Below are positions 1-9,813 of a stretch of DNA of 64,000 nt, one piece after another. Origin of the DNA: Myxococcota bacterium (GTDB lineage: Bacteria; Myxococcota_A; UBA9160; UBA4427); contig OZ252299.1 of the NCBI GenBank assembly GCA_965250285.1, positions 4,160,001 through 4,224,000 on the forward strand. The letters run 5' to 3'. The notes beneath the pieces are model-generated. The model worked only from the letters and a program-made list of their open reading frames with translations, had not been told where the DNA came from and made no database searches. The position numbers and the translations under genes were made by a program. Every line of letters starts with the position of its first letter. Within the stretch, counting starts at the first letter, position 1.

Positions 1-1359
1 ATGAGCTTCGTCCCGATCAAGGCCATCGCGCACATGGGGGCCTACAGCGCCTTCGGCGTGATGGCCGCGTTCGTTCTCTCGGTCACGCTGTTGATGTCGT
101 TTCTCTCGTTCGGTCCGCGCGAGCCGACGGCGCGCCAGCGAGCCCGCGTCGACCGAAGCGACGAGGGGCGCACGATGCGCCCGATGCTGCACGCAGCAGC
201 CAGCGCTGCCATCCGCTGGCGCCGCGCCATCCTGGTGTTGGCCGCGGGCGTCTTCGTCTTTGCGTTCGTCGGCATCTCTCAGATCCACGTCGACTCGAAC
301 TGGATGGACGACTTCCGCGACGAGGTCGAGCTGAAGCAGATCACACAGCGCGTCGATGACGTCATGGGCGGCACGGCCAACTTCATCTACCTCTTCGAGA
401 CCGAAGAAGCAGACGGGATCAAGGAGCCCGCGGCGCTCCACGAGATCGACCGGATCCAGACCTTCGTCGAGCGCAACCCCGACCTGGTACGCAAGACGTA
501 CTCGATCGTCGACATCTTGAAGGACATCAACCGCGCCTTTCACGGGGACGACCCGGCCTACTACCGGATCCCCGAGTCGCGCGAGCTCGTCGCGCAGTAC
601 CTGCTGCTCTACGAGATGTCGGGGGGCGAGGAGACCGAGAAGATGGTCTCGCCGGACTACCGCCGCGCGGGGCTCGAGCTGCGCATTCGACTCGGTCCGA
701 CGAGTGAGATCGCCGGTCTGCACCGCGAAGTGATGGCCGAGGTCGAAGCCCACCCACTCGAAGCGACGCAGATGTCGCCCACGGGCATCGGCGCGCTGTG
801 GCTGCGCCTGATGGACTACATCGTCTCGAGCCAGGTCGAGGGCTTTCTCATCGCCTTCTGCGTGATCGCGGCGATGATGGTGGGCGTCTTCAGCTCGTGG
901 AAGGTGGGGTTGATCTCGATGGTGCCCAACCTGGCACCGGTCTTTCTCGCGCTCGCTGCGCTCGGCTGGCTCGGGCTGCCCCTCGACTACTCGAAGATCA
1001 GCATTGCGGGCGTGGCCATGGGCATCGCCGTCGACGACACGATCCACCTCGTCTCGCGCTTCAAGCGCGAGTTCGAGCGGCTCGGCCGCTATCACGATGC
1101 GCTCTATGCGGCGATGGGTGACGTCGGTCGCGCGCTCGTCATCACCTCGGTCGCGCTGGTCGCTGGCTTTCTGGTGACGACCCGGTCCGAGCTCGCGAGT
1201 CAGGAGGTGCAGGGCTACCTGCTCGCCGGGACGATCGTCGTCGCCCTCATCGCGGATTTCCTCTTGATGCCCGCGCTGATTCTGACCTTCCGCCCGTTCG
1301 GCCCGGAGACCGCGCAGACGACCCAGTCGACCCAGGCCGAGTTCCACGAGGCCGCCTGA
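1..1359 (+). CDS. MMPL/RND-family (Patched/HpnN-like) lipid transporter, C-terminal part, probably truncated at the window edge
   Basis: Many TM helices, a periplasmic loop and the GIAVDDTIH motif typical of MMPL/SSD RND exporters. Confidence 0.85.
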   Translation: MSFVPIKAIAHMGAYSAFGVMAAFVLSVTLLMSFLSFGPREPTARQRARVDRSDEGRTMRPMLHAAASAAIRWRRAILVLAAGVFVFAFVGISQIHVDSNWMDDFRDEVELKQITQRVDDVMGGTANFIYLFETEEADGIKEPAALHEIDRIQTFVERNPDLVRKTYSIVDILKDINRAFHGDDPAYYRIPESRELVAQYLLLYEMSGGEETEKMVSPDYRRAGLELRIRLGPTSEIAGLHREVMAEVEAHPLEATQMSPTGIGALWLRLMDYIVSSQVEGFLIAFCVIAAMMVGVFSSWKVGLISMVPNLAPVFLALAALGWLGLPLDYSKISIAGVAMGIAVDDTIHLVSRFKREFERLGRYHDALYAAMGDVGRALVITSVALVAGFLVTTRSELASQEVQGYLLAGTIVVALIADFLLMPALILTFRPFGPETAQTTQSTQAEFHEAA

Positions 1360-1489
1360 GGCCCGAGCGCCGAAGAATTCTACTCACGCGGTGCGGCGTC
1401 GCTTATCATGAGCGGGCCCGTCCCCGATCCGCTCGCGGCACCGACCGAGCGGGCTCGCGCCTTCACCCAACCCCCCGCGACGAGATCGC

Positions 1490-1825
1490 ATGACCGACGA
1501 ACGCGGACCGGGCGACGCACTCGCGGCGCCCGCCCCTCTCGGCGAGGCAGAGCGCGCGCTGATCGATCGCTATTGGCGGCGCAACGTCGCCTTGATGTCG
1601 GGGCTCCTCGCCATCTGGGCCTTCGTCAGCCTCGGCTGTGGCGTGCTCTTCGCCGACCGTCTCAACCCCTGGCACATCGGCGGTTTCCCGCTCGGCTTCT
1701 GGTTCGCGCAGCAGGGCAGCATCATCGTCTTCGTGCTGCTGATCTTCGTCTATGCCTGGGCGATGACGCGGCTCGATCGCGCCCACCATGCCGAGCTCGA
1801 TGCGATGAAGGGGCACGGCGCGTGA
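1490..1825 (+). CDS. DUF4212 small membrane subunit of a solute:sodium symporter
   Basis: YW..N, GGFPLGFWFAQQGSI motif and two TM helices; its TGA overlaps the symporter start (GTGA). Confidence 0.9.
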   Translation: MTDERGPGDALAAPAPLGEAERALIDRYWRRNVALMSGLLAIWAFVSLGCGVLFADRLNPWHIGGFPLGFWFAQQGSIIVFVLLIFVYAWAMTRLDRAHHAELDAMKGHGA

Positions 1826-3654
1826 GCATCCAGACCTGGACCTTCGTGTTCGTCGGGCTGTCGTTCTCGCTGTATCTCTTCATCGCCTGGCGCTCGCGCG
1901 TGGCCGACACCAAGGGGTTCTACGTCGCCGGCCAAGGCGTGCCCGCGTCGGCGAACGGCATGGCGACGGCCGCCGACTGGATGAGCGCCGCTTCGTTCAT
2001 CTCGATGGCCGGCATCATCTCGTTCATGGGGTACGCCGGTGGCGTCTACCTCATGGGCTGGACGGGCGGCTACGTGCTGCTCGCGCTGCTCCTCGCACCC
2101 TACCTGCGCAAGTTCGGCCACTTCACGGTGCCGGACTTCGTCGGGGACCGATTCGAGTCGAACGTCGCGCGGGTCGTCGCGGTGTGCTGCGCCATCTTCG
2201 TCAGCTTCACCTACGTCGCCGGACAGATGCGCGGGGTCGGCATCGTCTTCTCGAGGTTCCTCGAGGTCGACGTCACGGTGGGCGTCGTCATCGGCATGGC
2301 CATCGTGTTCGTCTACGCCACGCTCGGGGGGATGAAGGGCATCACCTGGACCCAGGTCGCGCAGTACTGGGTGCTGATCACCGCCTTCCTGGTGCCCGCC
2401 ATCGCGATCAGCATCAAGCTGACGGGCCAGCCGCTACCGCAGATCGGGATGGGATCGGACTTGATCGAGGGCGGTATGCCGCTGCTCGACAAGCTCGACG
2501 CGATCCATGAAGACCTCGGCTTCGACCCCTATACCGAGGCGTTCGTCGGCCGATGGGATCGCATCAACGTGCTGTGCACGACCCTCGCCCTGATGGTCGG
2601 CACCGCGGGCCTGCCCCACGTGATCGTTCGCTTCTATACGGTGAAGACCGTCGACGCCGCGCGCTGGAGCGGCTTCTGGGCGCTGCTCTTCATCGCGGCG
2701 CTCTATCTCACGGCACCGGCGACGGCGGCCTTCGCCCGGTACTACATGATCGACAGCCTGAACGACAAGCAGGTGCACGAGCTGCCGGCCTGGTACCGAA
2801 GCTGGAGCCAGACGGGCCTCATCCTCTGGCTCGACGATGGCGACGGTCGCGTGCGCTACACCGGCGGCGAGCGGTCGGCCGAGAACGAGCTGTTTCGAAG
2901 CGGTGGTCTGGGGGCCGCCGAGCTCGCCGAAATTCGCAGCGAGCACCGCGCGTGGATCGAGAGCGGCGGCACGAACGGCGCGGACGGTCGGGAGGAGATG
3001 CGCGCGCTCGGCCTCACGGGCCCCGACCGAGACATCATCGTGCTCGCGACCCCCGAGATGGCCGGCCTCGCGAGCTGGATCATCGCGCTGATGGCGGCCG
3101 GCGGGCTGGCCGCGGCGCTCTCGACGGCGTCGGGGCTGCTGCTCGTCATCTCCTCGAGCGTGGCCCACGACCTCTACTACCGCGTGCTGAAACCCGAGGC
3201 CAGCGAGAGCCAGCGCCTGCTCGTCGGCCGCGCGGTGATCGGCGTGGCCGTCGTCGTCGCCGGACTCTTCGGCATCTTTCCACCCGGCTTCGTCAGCCAG
3301 GTCGTCGCGTTCGCGTTCGGTCTCGCAGCGGCCAGCTTCTTTCCGGTCATCGTGCTCGGAATCTTCTCGAAGCGGGTCTCGACGATTCCCGCAGTGGCGG
3401 GCATGGTCGCGGGCATCGGCTTCACCGCGACGTACATCCTCGGTGCGGTCTACGGCGGCATGCCGCACTGGTGCTTCGGGATCGGACCCCAGGGCATTGG
3501 CACGATCGGGATGCTCGTGAACTTCGCGGTCACGCTGGGGCTGACGCCGCTCTTCCCGCCGCCATCCGAAGAGGTGAAGCGGATGGTCGACGCGATCCGC
3601 GAGCCCGAAGGCGTGGGCCCGGCGGTCGACATCGAGGCCGCGATCGACCACTGA
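1822..3654 (+). CDS. Sodium:solute symporter, ActP/VC_2705-like (monocarboxylate uptake)
   Basis: NGMATAADWMSAASFISMAG, LMVGTAGLPHVIVRFYTV and AALSTASGLLL motifs; GTG start at 1822 coupled to the DUF4212 stop. Confidence 0.92.
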   Translation: MSIQTWTFVFVGLSFSLYLFIAWRSRVADTKGFYVAGQGVPASANGMATAADWMSAASFISMAGIISFMGYAGGVYLMGWTGGYVLLALLLAPYLRKFGHFTVPDFVGDRFESNVARVVAVCCAIFVSFTYVAGQMRGVGIVFSRFLEVDVTVGVVIGMAIVFVYATLGGMKGITWTQVAQYWVLITAFLVPAIAISIKLTGQPLPQIGMGSDLIEGGMPLLDKLDAIHEDLGFDPYTEAFVGRWDRINVLCTTLALMVGTAGLPHVIVRFYTVKTVDAARWSGFWALLFIAALYLTAPATAAFARYYMIDSLNDKQVHELPAWYRSWSQTGLILWLDDGDGRVRYTGGERSAENELFRSGGLGAAELAEIRSEHRAWIESGGTNGADGREEMRALGLTGPDRDIIVLATPEMAGLASWIIALMAAGGLAAALSTASGLLLVISSSVAHDLYYRVLKPEASESQRLLVGRAVIGVAVVVAGLFGIFPPGFVSQVVAFAFGLAAASFFPVIVLGIFSKRVSTIPAVAGMVAGIGFTATYILGAVYGGMPHWCFGIGPQGIGTIGMLVNFAVTLGLTPLFPPPSEEVKRMVDAIREPEGVGPAVDIEAAIDH

Positions 3655-3684
3655 GGGGCGGCGCGCCGCCCTCGGCCGCGCCGC

Positions 3685-5685
3685 TCAGCCTTCGAAGACG
3701 GCCTGCAGCTCGTCGAGCGCCTGCTGCTCGACCGCCGAGACGTGGGGGCTGCGCTCGAGCGCATCGCCCGCCGCCTTCGCCACGCGTTCGGCACGACCGA
3801 GCAGGTTGCGGGCGAGGTTCTCGGCCTCGCCGTCCTTGAGCTCGTGCTTCAGCGCGCCGACGAAGGCCTTCCAGGCGATCAGCAGATCCTCGGGCGGTCG
3901 CTCGAGGGTCCAGATCTCGAGCAAGCGATAGGGGATGCTGTCGCTCTCGAGACCCGCAACCGCGGCGGCCTCGAGCACGGCGGCCCGTTCTCGGACGTCC
4001 ATCTCGCCGTCTGACCAGGCGACGTGCACCAGCGGGAAGAGCGACAGCGCCGACAACGTCTCGACGCGAATCCCGAGGCCCGCCAGCTCGGCCAGCACGG
4101 CCTCGTCGCGAATCCCCGTCGCCTCGGCGATGTGATCGCGCGCCTCGAGCTCTTCGAGCGCCAGCTTCAGGCGCTCGCGCTCGGCGTCGGCCTCACCCGA
4201 GAAGAACGCGTCGCCAAGACGCGCCTGCTCCGAGTCGAGGCCGCCCTGCTCCGCAGTCGGCGCATCGGCGCTCTCGCACGCCGACTGCAGGGCGTCGAAC
4301 GAATCCTGCAGGCACTGCGCGTAGAAGCCCGGGTCGGGCATCATCTCACGGCAGCACGTGATCGCGATGCTGATCTGGCCCGAGTAGCTGAACACCGGGT
4401 GGATCAACCCCATGCCGTCCATGATCGGCCCCATCCCGTGGAGGGCGACCATCTTGGCACCGGTGAAGTAGAGGGGGATCTGCGGCCCGGGCACGTTCGT
4501 GATGATCGTATTGCCGATCGGCTTGATGCGCGTCGCGAGGCCGAGTCGGGTGTACACGCGAGCGGCGAGTCCGGCCAGCATGCCGGGCATGAACTGAGTC
4601 GCGTCGGTCATCGTGCGGGCACCGACGGCCTCCGACGTCGCCTTCGACGCCTTCGTTGAGGCATGGATGCGGCGAAGACGCTCGAGCGGATCGGCGAGAT
4701 CGCTGTGCAGCCCGACGCCCATCATCGAGATCTTGTTGCCCGCGGTGCCCTTCTCTTCTTCGGTGCGCACCGAGATCGGCGCCAGGGCCTTGAGGGGCTC
4801 GCGCGGCAGCTCGCCGTGATGCTCGAGGTATTGGCGCATGGCTCCGCTGCAGATCGCGAGCACGACGTCGTTGACCGTCGCGCCCGGCACACGCTTTCGA
4901 ATGTCGCGGATGTCCTGCAGCGAGAACGACCGGCCCTCGACGACGCGATACGACGACACCCGGCCGTTGAAGCGCGTGCGCGGCACCTCCTCGTCTTCTT
5001 CGTGGTCGACCTCGGCCGTCGGATCGGATCTGAAGAACGTCGACAGCCCGACCGCATTGCGCGTGAGCATGCGAGCGAAGCGGAACGGCGAGCGGACGTT
5101 GTTGGCCGTGGCGCGAATCGTCAACTCGAGCATGCTCGGATCGCGCTCGGGCACCCAGGGCCGCTCGGGCGGCACCACCGTCGCCTCGGGCTCGATGTCG
5201 TGGATCGCCGTCGCGAGCTCGGCGCCCGATACGCCGTCGATGGCCGCGTGGTGGATCTTCGTCATGACCGCAAAGCTGCCCGGCGGCGCGCCCTCGACAT
5301 TGTCGAGGCCCTCGATCACGTACATCTCCCACAGCGGCTTCGACAGATCGAGCGGGCGCGCGTGCAGGCGCGCCACCTGGATGCAGAGCTGTCGCCAGTC
5401 GCCCGGGTGCGGCAACGCGATGTGGCGGATGTGGAACTCGATGTCGAAGTCGGGGTCTTCGATCCAGTACGGGTGGTCGAGGTCGAAGGGCGAGTGGACC
5501 AGCTTCTGCCGGAAGCAGCGCGCCAGATGAAGGCGGCTCTCGACGTTCCTCAGGATGCCCGTGAAGGTGACCTGGCCACCCGGGGCGGTCGACTGATCGT
5601 AGATCGCGAACGAACCGATGTGCGTCGGCGCGTTCGCGGTCTCGAAGTAAAGGAAGGATGCGTCGAGTCCGCTGAGCTGCTCCAC
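3685..5685 (-). CDS. Wax ester synthase/diacylglycerol acyltransferase (WS/DGAT) with a fused ~190-aa C-terminal TerB-like domain
   Basis: LSGLDASFLY start, catalytic HHAAIDGVSG and ITNVPGP; the extra C-terminal domain contains VAWSDGEMDVRERAAV. Confidence 0.9.
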   Translation of the reverse strand: MEQLSGLDASFLYFETANAPTHIGSFAIYDQSTAPGGQVTFTGILRNVESRLHLARCFRQKLVHSPFDLDHPYWIEDPDFDIEFHIRHIALPHPGDWRQLCIQVARLHARPLDLSKPLWEMYVIEGLDNVEGAPPGSFAVMTKIHHAAIDGVSGAELATAIHDIEPEATVVPPERPWVPERDPSMLELTIRATANNVRSPFRFARMLTRNAVGLSTFFRSDPTAEVDHEEDEEVPRTRFNGRVSSYRVVEGRSFSLQDIRDIRKRVPGATVNDVVLAICSGAMRQYLEHHGELPREPLKALAPISVRTEEEKGTAGNKISMMGVGLHSDLADPLERLRRIHASTKASKATSEAVGARTMTDATQFMPGMLAGLAARVYTRLGLATRIKPIGNTIITNVPGPQIPLYFTGAKMVALHGMGPIMDGMGLIHPVFSYSGQISIAITCCREMMPDPGFYAQCLQDSFDALQSACESADAPTAEQGGLDSEQARLGDAFFSGEADAERERLKLALEELEARDHIAEATGIRDEAVLAELAGLGIRVETLSALSLFPLVHVAWSDGEMDVRERAAVLEAAAVAGLESDSIPYRLLEIWTLERPPEDLLIAWKAFVGALKHELKDGEAENLARNLLGRAERVAKAAGDALERSPHVSAVEQQALDELQAVFEG

Positions 5686-5942
5686 GTTGGTGCCTCCGTC
5701 ACTCCCCCAGGCCCCACGACACTACCGCGGACTGCGCGCTCTGGCCCGGCATCCGACGGTGGCAGGCGCGGACGGGCTCGGAGCCGCTCTCGGGCGGAAA
5801 GGCGCGTGTCGCCACCCCCTCGCCTTGATCGCGACGCTGGCCCGGCAGGCGGTGCGCAGGCCGCGTGCGGAGGCGGACCGGCAGCGCACGTGCAGGCCGC
5901 GAGATCCAACCGACCCCCGCGCCGGCGCGTGCCTGAGCGGCG

Positions 5943-6407
5943 TCAGCGGGCCGCCGCGCGAACGAGCTCGTCGACCAGCGCATCGCCGGCCATGTGTCGG
6001 ATGCAGCGCTCCGAAGCGTAGACACGCTCACCGCCGAGGCGTGGATCGGTCGCAGCGCGTGCCGGGTCGTCGATGAAGAGCACACCGATCACCCGAAACG
6101 CTTCGTCCCGTCCCTCGACGTCGACCACGATCTCGTACTCCTGCGCCACCGAGGTGAGGCTCACCCACTCGTCGAGCAACGTGTAGCCACGGATCGACGG
6201 CATGAACGTCCCGAACAGATGCTCGTAGTAGCGCCGCGCATTCTCCATTCCCTGCATGCGGAGGCCCACCGGCCAGAACTCGTAGACGGGGTCGTCGACG
6301 AGGGTGGCGAGCGTACCGTCGAAGTCGCCCTCGTCTTCGAGCCGCGCGTGCCGCGAGCCGAGCTCGAGCATCCGCTCCACCGTCCAGGCCTGCTGGGCAT
6401 TCGACAC
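5943..6407 (-). CDS. SnoaL/NTF2-like small protein
   Basis: GTG at 6407 after GGAGGG; H.RLEDEGDFDGTLATLVDDPVYEF...RYYE and ERVY pattern resembles the NTF2 fold. Confidence 0.65.
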   Translation of the reverse strand: MSNAQQAWTVERMLELGSRHARLEDEGDFDGTLATLVDDPVYEFWPVGLRMQGMENARRYYEHLFGTFMPSIRGYTLLDEWVSLTSVAQEYEIVVDVEGRDEAFRVIGVLFIDDPARAATDPRLGGERVYASERCIRHMAGDALVDELVRAAAR

Positions 6408-6592
6408 GCGGATCCCTCCCTGGCCGTTTCGAGGAGGCGTCTGAAGCACGCCCTCGTCGACGGCCGCGGCGCGAGCATAACCGGGTGAGAGCGCAGGGGC
6501 CGGGTCTTTGCGAACCTCGACCGCCTCGACGCGACGCCAGCCAACCCGGTGAGCGTCACCGCCACCGATCGACGAAGAGGAGATTCGAAGAC

Positions 6593-7681
6593 ATGGCCAG
6601 CGACGCACTCGGCGCGATCGTCGTCGGCACCGGCTTCGGTGTCATCACGCATCTGCGCGCGCTGCGGGCGGCGGGCTTCGAGGTGCACGCCCTCGTCGGA
6701 CGCGACCCCGACAAGACCGCGCAACGCGCTGCCGACTTCGGCGTGGCGGCCGGGCTCACGTCGTTGAGCGAGGCCCTCGCGCTGCCAGGGGTCGATGCCG
6801 TGGCCGTGGCGACGCCCCCGCACACGCATGCCGCGATCGTGCTCGAGGCGATCGAAGCCGGGAAGCACGTCGTGTGCGAGAAGCCCTTTGCCCGCAACGC
6901 CGACGAGGGCCGGCAGATGCTCGAGGCAGCCGAGCGGGCCGGCATCGTTCACATGCTCGGAACCGAGTTCCGTTGGTCGACGGGTCAAGCGCTCGCGACG
7001 CGCGCCGTGCATGCGGGTGAGATCGGTGATCCGCGCCTCGCGACCTTCATGCTCCACGTGCCGGCGCTCGCCGAGCCGAGCGGCGAGGTCCCGGCGTGGT
7101 GGGGCCGAGCAGAGGACGGGGGCGGCTGGCTCGGCGCGTACGCCTCGCATGTCATCGATCACATGCGCACGATGTTCGGAGAGATCGTCGGCGTCAGTGC
7201 ATCGCTTCAGCTCATGTCGGCGCGCGACTGGTCGGCCGAGGATACGTACACCGTTCACTTTCGCACCGAACGCGGCGTCGAGGGGGTGCTGCAGAGCTCG
7301 GCCGGCGCGTGGGGGCCGCCGCTCGTCTGTGCCCGCGTCGCGGGATCGAAAGGCACGCTCTGGATCGAAGGCGACCGCGTCCATGTCGGCGATGCAGCGG
7401 GCGCACGCGAGATCGAGTGCCCCGAGGAGCTGAAGCTCGCCGCGCCGATCCCGCCCGATGCTTCGCTGCTGCACACCGCCTACGACATGCTGCACTCCGG
7501 CGGCATCGATCTCGCGCCGTACACGCGACTCTTCGAGATCTTCGCGGCACGCATCCGGGGCGAAGGCGGCGGGGAAGACCCTGCACCCGCCACGTTCGTC
7601 GACGGTCTCGAGGGTCAGCGCGTGCTGGATGCGATTCGTCGTGCGTCGAACGAACGCACATGGATCACGATCGAGCGCTGA
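6593..7681 (+). CDS. Gfo/Idh/MocA family NAD(P)-dependent oxidoreductase
   Basis: VGTGFG, VATPPHTH, GKHVVCEKP and GGGWL motifs; AGGAG RBS. Confidence 0.92.
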   Translation: MASDALGAIVVGTGFGVITHLRALRAAGFEVHALVGRDPDKTAQRAADFGVAAGLTSLSEALALPGVDAVAVATPPHTHAAIVLEAIEAGKHVVCEKPFARNADEGRQMLEAAERAGIVHMLGTEFRWSTGQALATRAVHAGEIGDPRLATFMLHVPALAEPSGEVPAWWGRAEDGGGWLGAYASHVIDHMRTMFGEIVGVSASLQLMSARDWSAEDTYTVHFRTERGVEGVLQSSAGAWGPPLVCARVAGSKGTLWIEGDRVHVGDAAGAREIECPEELKLAAPIPPDASLLHTAYDMLHSGGIDLAPYTRLFEIFAARIRGEGGGEDPAPATFVDGLEGQRVLDAIRRASNERTWITIER

Positions 7682-7799
7682 GCGAGCGCGCCCGAGCGTA
7701 GGCCGCGCCCGAAGCGCGCCCGGCGAGTCGGGCGGGCGAGCGGCGCGTTTGGCCCCGCGCGACCCCGACGAGCGGGGCCGCGCGGAGCCGGGGTGGGTC

Positions 7800-9389
7800 C
7801 TACGCGAGATCGTCGCCGCGGCTCGGGAGCATCAGCCCCCCGGCGGCCAGCAGCAGCAGTCCGAGGGCAAATGCGCCCCACGGACCGACACCCGGCACGA
7901 GGATCTCGATCTCACAGGTGGACGAGCAGCCGTCTTCGTCCGCCGTGTTGCCGTCGTCGCAGACCTCGCCCGGATCGAGCACGCCGTTGCCGCAGACCTC
8001 GGGCTGGCAGACGGCCGAACAGCCGTCGCCGTCGTCGACGTTGCCGTCGTCGCAGCCCTCGCCCGAGTCGATGACGCCATTGCCGCAGCTCTCGAGCTGA
8101 CAGGTCTCGGAGCAGCCATCGCCCCCGATCGCGTTGCCGTCGTCGCAGCTCTCGCCGACGTCGACGATGCTGTTGCCGCAGGCTTCGACGGCGCAAATGG
8201 CCGAGCAGCCATCGCCGCCCATCGTATTGCCGTCATCGCACGCTTCGCCTGGATCGAGCACTGCGTTGCCGCAGACCTCGAGCTGACAGACGGCCGAGCA
8301 GCCATCGCCCCCGGCCGTGTTGCCGTCGTCGCAGGTCTCGCCCACGTCGACGACGTCGTTGCCACAGGCCTCGGCCTGGCACGTGTCGGAGCAGCCGTCG
8401 CCGCCCACCGTGTTGCCGTCGTCACAGGTCTCCCCGACGTCGACCACGCTGTTGCCGCAGGCTTCGATCTCGCAGGTCGCCGAGCAGCCGTCACCGCCAA
8501 CGGTGTTGCCGTCGTCGCACGCCTCGCCTGCATCGACGTTGCCGTCGCCGCACACCTCACCGAGCGAAGGTGCCGTGCCCACGAGCGTCATCTGCACGTC
8601 GTTGTAGACGAGGCTGGTGACGGTGATCTCGACCGTCGTCACGAAGAACAGGCAGCCGATGAAGGTCACCGCGCACTCGTTCACGTCGGTGACGACCGTC
8701 GGCGAGCTGCCCAGGTCGATCAGCATCTGATTGGCCGAGATGTCGAGGATGGTGTCGCCACCGGCCTGGCTGAGCGTGCCCGAGAGCGGCAGATCGCCCG
8801 AGCTGCTGAACGGCTCGGCCCCGATGCCGTAACTGATGATGCCGGTGACGGCGCCGTCCGAGACGCCGGTGAACTCGAAGTTCGGGGTGCCCGAGAAGGC
8901 CCCACCCGCGAGCGGCATCGTCAGCGGTGCATTCAGCTCGAGGCCCTGTTCCACGATGTTGTAGACGAGGTTCAGCGTGAGCAGGTTCGCCCACACCATC
9001 TGCCCCGTGCCCGACTGACCGACGAGCCCGCCAATGCTGAGATCCTCGAGCGTGACCTCGCCGGTCTGCGTATCGAGCGTGACCGTCCCATCGGCGGCGT
9101 AGCCCGGATTCATGACCGTCGCGCTGCCGGTCGTGAACTGCGCTCCGAGCAGTCCGTCGCTGTTCGCGATCACGTCGAAGTTCACCGTGATCGAACCCGA
9201 AGTGAACGTACTCTGCGTCTCGTCTACGTCGAAGACCTGCTGCGCTGCCCCCGCCGACCCCGTGAGGCCAATGCTGGCCAGGGCGACGAGGAACGCAGTG
9301 ACCAGGGCCCCCTTGCCCCGAGCGCTGCGACGCCGCGATCTGCCCAACTGATTCCACTGACTTGCCAACGTCAACATCCGATTCTCCAT
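7800..9389 (-). CDS. Secreted/surface protein with 7 Myxococcus Cys-rich (DUF4215) repeats and a C-terminal IPTL-CTERM-like anchor
   Basis: Signal peptide, beta-rich N-domain, 7 x CG(N/D)xxxDxGExCDDGNxxxxDGCSxxC and C-terminal [21 protein letters not shown]. Confidence 0.85.
   Translation of the reverse strand: MENRMLTLASQWNQLGRSRRRSARGKGALVTAFLVALASIGLTGSAGAAQQVFDVDETQSTFTSGSITVNFDVIANSDGLLGAQFTTGSATVMNPGYAADGTVTLDTQTGEVTLEDLSIGGLVGQSGTGQMVWANLLTLNLVYNIVEQGLELNAPLTMPLAGGAFSGTPNFEFTGVSDGAVTGIISYGIGAEPFSSSGDLPLSGTLSQAGGDTILDISANQMLIDLGSSPTVVTDVNECAVTFIGCLFFVTTVEITVTSLVYNDVQMTLVGTAPSLGEVCGDGNVDAGEACDDGNTVGGDGCSATCEIEACGNSVVDVGETCDDGNTVGGDGCSDTCQAEACGNDVVDVGETCDDGNTAGGDGCSAVCQLEVCGNAVLDPGEACDDGNTMGGDGCSAICAVEACGNSIVDVGESCDDGNAIGGDGCSETCQLESCGNGVIDSGEGCDDGNVDDGDGCSAVCQPEVCGNGVLDPGEVCDDGNTADEDGCSSTCEIEILVPGVGPWGAFALGLLLLAAGGLMLPSRGDDLA
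7903..8556 (-). repeat. Seven tandem 93-bp coding repeats (31-aa Cys-rich units)
   Basis: Recurring ttgccgtcgtcgca...gagcagccg units at 93-bp period inside the CDS; boundaries approximate. Confidence 0.9.
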
Positions 9390-9813
9390 TCGACCCGGTC
9401 GATCAGCCCACTTCTCGACCGGAGATCAAGATCAGTACCCGGTTCTGCACTGTTCGTCGTTTGCCGTTCGTTCTGGTGCTCGGCTCGAGTCGCGTTCGTG
9501 GTGTCGTCAAAACGCGCGTTCGAACCGCTGTCGATCCTACGCACGCTCGTCGCCGAAGTGGAAAGAAAGCGATCGAACGATCTGCATTCGCTCGACTTGC
9601 CTACCCGATGCGAGTGCGGTCGTTTCATGCGAGAAGCATGCGTTGAACGCACTCGTGTGTTCGTGTCGCCATTCAGGCATCGAAAACCGGCCGATCGGCG
9701 TTCGTGGTACGGTTCTGTCGATGAGCCAGTCCCGCTGGCGTTGTCACACGCCAGCTCGACCCGCACCGATCACACGTGATGTCAGATTCGAAACGCAAAG
9801 GAGATCGTGCGAA

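Noticed and set aside
1408..1821. N-terminal extension of the symporter ORF in the track
   Set aside because: It overlaps the DUF4212 gene; the real start is the coupled GTG at 1822.
7903..8556. Regular ~93-bp periodicity as a CRISPR or non-coding array
   Set aside because: It is fully explained by in-frame Cys-rich protein repeats.
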